Below are positions 26,430 through 32,000 of a stretch of 32,000 bases of DNA, piece by piece (the first letter of the stretch is position 1; every line of letters begins with the position of its first letter). The notes beneath the pieces were generated by a model. It made no database searches. It was not told the DNA's origin and saw only the letters and a program-made list of their open reading frames with translations. Where the stretch lies: positions 56,924 through 88,923 of the forward strand of contig JAEOSH010000004.1 in the NCBI GenBank assembly GCA_016840465.1, in the 5' to 3' direction. A program made the position numbers and the translations under genes. This stretch comes from Candidatus Baldrarchaeum yapensis (GTDB taxonomy: Archaea; Asgardarchaeota; Baldrarchaeia; Baldrarchaeales; Baldrarchaeaceae).

Positions 26430-27242
26430 TCAACGCACGACTTCCTCAACGTCGCGGTACCACTTCTTCTTCGTTCCTTGCTTCGCCCTCTTCCTCCAGC
26501 GCTTCGTTTTCGGAGTCTCATCTATGATCTTGAGCAGCTGGTCTACCTTACTGGTTACATCCTTTAGATCCTCCTCGCTAAGCAGTCCGTTCTCCTTGTA
26601 CTTCTGCGCAAACACCTTTATCTTGTTGAGATTTGTTGTCGCAGTGTACCAGAAGCCCCAATCGTCCGCAAGTACCGTCGCAATACGGGTCGCGTTTATA
26701 ACATCATCGTCGTGATTCCCTATCTGGTGTGCCCTAAGGAGGACGATTGAGTCCTTTATGTCCTTCTCATTTATCTGGACGATCTGAAGCTTTTCCATAA
26801 GCATTTCTGCGAGCGGAATCGTTGGTCTATCAACCTCAAGCCTTCCTCTGAAGTCTATATCATGAGCCATCTCTAGTTTATCGAAGAAAAAGTCGACGTG
26901 GAAGTCCCACTTCTTGTGGTAGTAAATGTGACGCTTCCAGCCAGCGAGATGTAATATTCTGAGGTCACATATGTAGCCGAGTTCCTTCTCCATGATCTTC
27001 CTCAGGTTCTTCCGATGCTTGCTGTAGGTCATAAAGTCGAGGTCGCTGAACTCCGGCTGTCCCGGTCCAAGCCTTTCGAGCCTCTTATGCAGGTCGGCGA
27101 AGTCCATGCTGTGCAGTCTTATTGCAACGGCTCCCATAACTCTAGCGACTATTCCATTTTCCTCAAGGACATCTACTATCCTCTGTGCCTCTTCGAGGAA
27201 TACCTCCGGGGGTGCGGGTTCTCTGTCCCTTGGAATCATCAT
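26430..27242 (-). CDS. Pol-beta-superfamily nucleotidyltransferase-like protein
   Basis: VMGAVAIRLH followed by SDLDF (DxD) and a later HVDFF; EKLQI..KDIKD helical tail. Confidence 0.65.
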   Translation of the reverse strand: MMIPRDREPAPPEVFLEEAQRIVDVLEENGIVARVMGAVAIRLHSMDFADLHKRLERLGPGQPEFSDLDFMTYSKHRKNLRKIMEKELGYICDLRILHLAGWKRHIYYHKKWDFHVDFFFDKLEMAHDIDFRGRLEVDRPTIPLAEMLMEKLQIVQINEKDIKDSIVLLRAHQIGNHDDDVINATRIATVLADDWGFWYTATTNLNKIKVFAQKYKENGLLSEEDLKDVTSKVDQLLKIIDETPKTKRWRKRAKQGTKKKWYRDVEEVVR

Positions 27243-27264
27243 ATAGCATCACCTGAAATTGAAA

Positions 27265-28236
27265 TTAGCCCTCCACCTTCCACCATCGGAGGATGCCGTT
27301 ACGGTCTAAGTCTATTATGAAACCTCTTAATATACCTTCTGTATACTCGGAACCAGGGTTCACACATAACGTGCGCCCGATCTTTTCAGATGCATAGGAT
27401 TCGTGAATGTGCCCGTGAAGGCCCAGGAGAGGCTGGTACTTCTCTATGAACTTTCTAACGGCTCTGCTACCGACGTGCTCTCTCTGCTGCTCTCCGAGGA
27501 CATACACGGGTCTGAGGTTCTTATCCAGTTTTGGAGCGAGGTCCAGTCTCGTGCCGAAGGGTGGACAGTGGAAGTTCAGGATGACCTTTTCGGGGTCAAC
27601 ATTCACCTTATTCCATAATTTTTCGAGATCTTTGCTTATTCCCTTCTCGTTCTTCTCTCTGGGAGAGTTCCAAGGTGTGGGGTTGACCCACTCGTAGCTT
27701 ATCATCTCATAGTCGTAGCAGAGGTTCACAACTTTACCCAAGGGGTAGATTATGTTTTCATACTCCTTATCGAATTTCTGGATCACCGGATCTATGAAGA
27801 ACTCGTCGTCGTTTCCGGGCATAACGACACACGTGACATCCTTAGGGATGAGGTCCACAATCATCTGCAGCCATCGCTCCATAGTCTCGCACATAAGTTT
27901 CTCAAACAGCTGATCGACCCTCTTGGGGTTTGCCTTCAGCTCCTCAACCTCGTCCTTTGTCGTGACGTATGGGTAGTATCCGCTGAACCTGATCTTGTCC
28001 TCCATCTCCTTGACTTCCTCTTTGCTCTTCAGCACGTACTTCTTTCCGAAAATGCTACAAGTGTACGTTCCATCTGGCTGCTCTATGATTGGAACTATGG
28101 ACTTTCCAGTAAGGTCGCCACAGAATAGGAGTATGTTTGCCTTATGCACCTTAGGCACATTTAACCATTTTCTCCAAACCTGCTCGGATCCGTGCACATC
28201 CGTTGCATGATATATACGTACGAACTCACCACTCAT
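27265..28236 (-). CDS. Calcineurin-like metallophosphoesterase (Icc-related)
   Basis: ATDVHGS, CGDLTGK, GNDD, HCPP, LHGHIHES and NPGSEY motifs. Confidence 0.88.
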   Translation of the reverse strand: MSGEFVRIYHATDVHGSEQVWRKWLNVPKVHKANILLFCGDLTGKSIVPIIEQPDGTYTCSIFGKKYVLKSKEEVKEMEDKIRFSGYYPYVTTKDEVEELKANPKRVDQLFEKLMCETMERWLQMIVDLIPKDVTCVVMPGNDDEFFIDPVIQKFDKEYENIIYPLGKVVNLCYDYEMISYEWVNPTPWNSPREKNEKGISKDLEKLWNKVNVDPEKVILNFHCPPFGTRLDLAPKLDKNLRPVYVLGEQQREHVGSRAVRKFIEKYQPLLGLHGHIHESYASEKIGRTLCVNPGSEYTEGILRGFIIDLDRNGILRWWKVEG

Positions 28237-28781
28237 GATCCTTCACATCCCTTTAAGGAAAACTGTGGTACATTTTAGTCCGCCTTTATAAAACTTTTCG
28301 ACACAAGGTTCAAACACCATCTTTACATAGTTGGAAGATGGGGAGAATGGAATCCACAAGAATTAGATGTGAAATCAGCATACAATACTTTTTCGGTATT
28401 GATATTCGGACTGCACCGGGCGTTGGAGCCTCACACCCATGTTAACTTACTGTTGCGGACAATTGGCTTTTCAAAATCTCATATCCCTAGAATCCTCATC
28501 TGCGAATTTACCAGCGGCTGTCTTCAAATTTTAATCGAAAAATTGTAAAGCTTTGATGTTTCTTTCGTTCCAGTTAAGGTGGGGATAAAATCCTTTCTTG
28601 CAGGCAGATCAATTATTCTGAGGGCCAATTCTTGGGACATGCGAGAGGCGAATTGTTCAGTAACCTTGACCTTGAGAAGTTACTTCATTATATGCTCCGG
28701 TAAAAGAATGACAAAACATAATTATATTCACGGACATCACAAAAGATCTGGCACGCCCGCAATTCGAAGTTGGCGGCTGCG

Positions 28782-29903
28782 TTAGATTAGTCCCCTCACC
28801 AGTAGAGTGAACACGAATACCTGTATTAGCATTATCATCACGCCCTCGAAGGAGTCCAGTTTCTCGTCGTCGAGAATACTTCGTTTCAGGAACCAAATGC
28901 AGATCGCCGTTATCAGAATTTGGAACAGCACATACTTATCTAGGATTATAGGGACAACGATGGCGACGCCTCCGAGTATTAACAGTACTACTTGGGAAAG
29001 CGACCCCAGAAGGTTTCCCAATGGAAAGTCTATCTGCCCCTTCATGGCGCCGACAAGCGCAACCGCATGCTCGGGGACGGCTGACATGAGCCCCAGTATC
29101 AGCCCACTCATTATTATGGGATCCCCGAAGCCCGCCACTGCCTCCTTTGTCAGTATCATCTCCACCCCATGGACCAATATGTGGGCGCCGATGAACAGCC
29201 CGGTGAACCCCACTATCAGCGAAATGACGGACTTCCTGATATCCACCTCTTCCTTTGCAACCTCCTCAGTTGGAGGAACTCCCCTTCCCGCGAATATGAG
29301 GTACGCAATGTACGCTGCGACCATGAGGACAGCGGCCTCTTTAGGTATGTAGAACGTCCTCTGACCGGACGAAAAGATCACATCTATCACTCCGAGCGCA
29401 AAGATCGCCATAAGCGCGGCCACGGTGAACCTCACCAACTCCAGTTCTTTTTCTAGCGCCTCGGGTGGGACCTCTATGAAATTTTTCTTCCCGGCGGCGA
29501 CCACTATGACCAGCCCCAGCAGGAGTATGTTGAACCCTATGGTCGAGAGAACGGTGAGAACCGCAACTTCCATGAACTCAATATTCCCCGAAACGTATCC
29601 CCTCCAGAGCGTGAACCCGAGTATCGCGGCCTCTGGCGTGTTGGACGCGAGGCTTATGAGAACCCCTCCCATATAGGTGGATATTCCGTAGGCTGCGCAG
29701 ATTCCCTCTATCCCCCTAATCGCCTCCTCCACCGGCCTGAAGACCAGCCAACCCCCCAGTATGAAGGACATACACACTATTAGCGGAACGTTATGCGTCA
29801 GCAAGGAGTGAACATAAAGTCCGGCCAGTGCAACTACTATGGAAAGCTCCACCTTGCTTATCCGGAAATGCTGATTTTGTCGATTAGACATTTCCTTCAC
29901 CAT
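28782..29903 (-). CDS. Cation/Ca2+ exchanger (CaCA, YrbG-like)
   Basis: About 10 TMs; alpha-repeat variants ISLASNTPE / STIGFN and MSAVPEH / GNLLGS. Confidence 0.8.
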   Translation of the reverse strand: MVKEMSNRQNQHFRISKVELSIVVALAGLYVHSLLTHNVPLIVCMSFILGGWLVFRPVEEAIRGIEGICAAYGISTYMGGVLISLASNTPEAAILGFTLWRGYVSGNIEFMEVAVLTVLSTIGFNILLLGLVIVVAAGKKNFIEVPPEALEKELELVRFTVAALMAIFALGVIDVIFSSGQRTFYIPKEAAVLMVAAYIAYLIFAGRGVPPTEEVAKEEVDIRKSVISLIVGFTGLFIGAHILVHGVEMILTKEAVAGFGDPIIMSGLILGLMSAVPEHAVALVGAMKGQIDFPLGNLLGSLSQVVLLILGGVAIVVPIILDKYVLFQILITAICIWFLKRSILDDEKLDSFEGVMIMLIQVFVFTLLVRGLI

Positions 29904-30185
29904 TGCAACTTCTGGTTCTTTTAAATGCCACGACCGCCGAAATAAAGGTTGGGGGATGGGACTAAACGATTGCCCTAAACAAATTTTAAGGAACTAGAAA
30001 AGATGATTAAAAGGGTTAAAATAAGAGAGGATAGAATGAGGGAGTCTAAGAAGTCAGAGTGGCAAAGAAGCAGGGTATCTGTGGCCATAACAGATCTATA
30101 TTTCTCGGGAAAATGAGAAGTGTCTTGGAAGATACCGCATGAAAGAAAAAGAGCAATCAATTATCTTAGGAAGGGATTAGAAAAG

Positions 30186-30629
30186 TTATGTTGTTCCCGA
30201 TGGTTCCTCTTTCGAGTAAAAGGTTTCTTTTATCTTCCTTGCGAAGTTGCGCACCTCCTTCTCGTCCATTCTGTTTATGAAGCCAAGTTTCCCGAGAAAA
30301 ACTGCTTCCGTTACGAGTTTTATCCCATATTTTGATTCGATTTTATTGAGGCAGAATCGTGCAAGCCTTTTTGATAACCCGACGGTGAACAGCACCACTT
30401 TCTTTTTCTTTAATGCATCTAGGTTTCTTTCGATGAAACGCTCAACAGTCTCTAAGGGCCTGAGATTGTAAACCGGAGTGCCCACTATTATGAGATCGTA
30501 TGACCCTACATCAACCTCCTCGGATGCTCTTTTGAGGTCTACACTCCCAAGTTCCTCTGCGATCCATGAGGCGATCATCTCAGTACTGCCGCGCTTCGTG
30601 TCGTATATGAGTAGCGTTTTCGGATTCAT
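30186..30629 (-). CDS. Flavodoxin-domain protein (HemG/Flavodoxin_5-like)
   Basis: IYDTKRGSTEMIA, YDLIIVGTPVY and VVLFTVG motifs. Confidence 0.85.
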   Translation of the reverse strand: MNPKTLLIYDTKRGSTEMIASWIAEELGSVDLKRASEEVDVGSYDLIIVGTPVYNLRPLETVERFIERNLDALKKKKVVLFTVGLSKRLARFCLNKIESKYGIKLVTEAVFLGKLGFINRMDEKEVRNFARKIKETFYSKEEPSGTT

Positions 30630-30772
30630 CCTCTACGCCCCGTTTGAATAATTACGGACTGAGAATTTTTAAACATGATAATCTTACTGTCATGCAGAAG
30701 GCGGGCAACGGTGATGAAGCTTATAATTATTGTCACGAGGAGTTTATCGTGCAAATTCGGGGAGTGAGAATT

Positions 30773-31789
30773 ATGGCGAAAATGCTGAAGCCTGTTCCAC
30801 TAACGGTGATACGCGATCCCAGACGTATATATTTGGGCACAGCAGTTCTCTACGCGATGGCCATTACCATATTTGTAGTCATATTATTAAACACGCCGTT
30901 GACTATCGAAACCCTGCGATCGGGAGATGCGGGGGCGATAATTGTTGGTTTAATTCTCGTGTTCGGCCTAATACCTATGCTTATAGCGGATACTACGCGG
31001 AAAGCGCGGGCGTATCAGCGTCTTTTACGCATTCTCGAAAATATTACGGTTGAAGATGATACTCTGGTTGTTAAAGGAGATGTTGTGATCGAGGCGGGAA
31101 GAGTCCTGACGTACAAATACGTAGGCGGGTACAGATATAGGAATGTCAGGGCCAAGGTGGTCTTCCATGGCGAGAAAACTCTGGAGGGAAACAGGATATA
31201 TTTATGGGATGTTGCGGGCCCGTACGTTGCAGTAGTTAATTTCTCCGAAAGCGAATATTACGTGGATTCCCCGGCGTTGAGAGTTCGTGGAGAAGATGGG
31301 GAGGCGATAATAGCGGTGCTTTCGCCCGCGATACCGGTGCCTAAGGACACGACTCTATCCGTTTCGAGAGATGAGGAGGACTACGGGTATGTTACGATCT
31401 CGAGAGAAAATAACAGCTACCGGATAAGCGCGAGATATGTAAAATCGTCGAGCAAGGAGCTGAGGCTTACGGTTCAGGTTAAGGGACTGCCCATTGTTTC
31501 CGACGAGTACGTGGTATTCAGGATGCGGGAGGGAGGAGTTGGTTCGGAGACGTGGCAACCTTATATTCTGGACGAAATAGTTCTGCTTCCGCTTCCCACT
31601 GTGGGTTTAGTTTATGACTCCACCGGACTGTATTCCCATATTAAAGAGAAGTACCCAGAGAACGAAGAGAGAATTTTCATAGTGGGTTATGAGGGTGCCA
31701 ATCTCAAGCTTGTGCTTGATGTGCCCCTGTGGAAGGATGTTATGAGCGAAACCGAACTTTCATGTCAGATTATTCGACAAAAATATTAA
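30773..31789 (+). CDS. Hypothetical membrane-anchored protein (2 TM + beta-rich domain)
   Basis: Two hydrophobic helices, then a beta-strand-rich region. GGAGTG upstream of ATG 30773. Confidence 0.6.
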   Translation: MAKMLKPVPLTVIRDPRRIYLGTAVLYAMAITIFVVILLNTPLTIETLRSGDAGAIIVGLILVFGLIPMLIADTTRKARAYQRLLRILENITVEDDTLVVKGDVVIEAGRVLTYKYVGGYRYRNVRAKVVFHGEKTLEGNRIYLWDVAGPYVAVVNFSESEYYVDSPALRVRGEDGEAIIAVLSPAIPVPKDTTLSVSRDEEDYGYVTISRENNSYRISARYVKSSSKELRLTVQVKGLPIVSDEYVVFRMREGGVGSETWQPYILDEIVLLPLPTVGLVYDSTGLYSHIKEKYPENEERIFIVGYEGANLKLVLDVPLWKDVMSETELSCQIIRQKY

Positions 31790-32000
31790 TTAGAGTTCCA
31801 CAAGGGCGAAAAGAGATTCAGAGGGTTTAACAACCCCATTCCTCATTTTTATGAAACCCAGCCTTTCTAAGTATTTGAGATCCTCGAGCACGGTTTTCAC
31901 TTCCACGCCACGCTTCTTAGCGACTTCCTCTATTTTCGCTTCTCCCTTTCCTGCACATAATTTTATGACCGCAAATAGCGTTGCTTTCACTCTATCCGGT
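31790..32000 (-). CDS. C-terminal winged-helix domain of a gene running off the window end (partial)
   Basis: Frame open to the window edge; AKIEEVAKKRGVEVKTVLEDLKYLERLGFIKM is an HTH-wing pattern. Confidence 0.6.
   Translation of the reverse strand, partial: PDRVKATLFAVIKLCAGKGEAKIEEVAKKRGVEVKTVLEDLKYLERLGFIKMRNGVVKPSESLFALVEL

Noticed and set aside
28300-28740. Possible minus-strand gene remnant (MK*LLKVKVTEQFASR...)
   Set aside because: Several stops and no identifiable family.
1-32000. CRISPR arrays, rRNA/tRNA genes, transposase or integrase genes
   Set aside because: None recognised on either strand. The many short antisense ORFs overlapping well-supported genes were treated as spurious.

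Overview
Archaeal DNA (TATA/BRE promoters, GGAGGT/GGGGT RBS, PaREP1 and archaeal AAA-wHTH ATPases). A longin-type gene suggests an Asgard lineage (inference). The window has two regimes. The left part (about 1-13.4 kb) is a decaying accessory region: three PaREP1 paralogs, two broken AAA-wHTH ATPases, a thiI fragment, an Lrp/AsnC gene split by a clean 326-bp internal inversion, a frameshifted HMA + P1B-ATPase unit and a frameshifted longin/roadblock-like gene, around intact fprA and a saccharopine-dehydrogenase-family gene. The right part (about 13.4-32 kb) is largely intact: ATP-dependent RNA ligase, SPFH protein, wHTH + PD-(D/E)xK-like protein, M28 peptidase, GT-C-like membrane protein, dehydratase activator, acyl-CoA dehydrogenase with a C-terminal wHTH-like extension, Nudix CoA pyrophosphatase, YkgJ protein, a nucleotidyltransferase + metallophosphoesterase pair, CaCA antiporter and flavodoxin. 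The best candidate for something new is an about 180-nt, 63% GC, multi-hairpin antisense RNA with its own BRE/TATA promoter. It sits inside an ATPase gene between Walker A and Walker B, next to a stand-alone RNA ligase. All family calls come from manual motif recognition; no database searches or folding programs were run.
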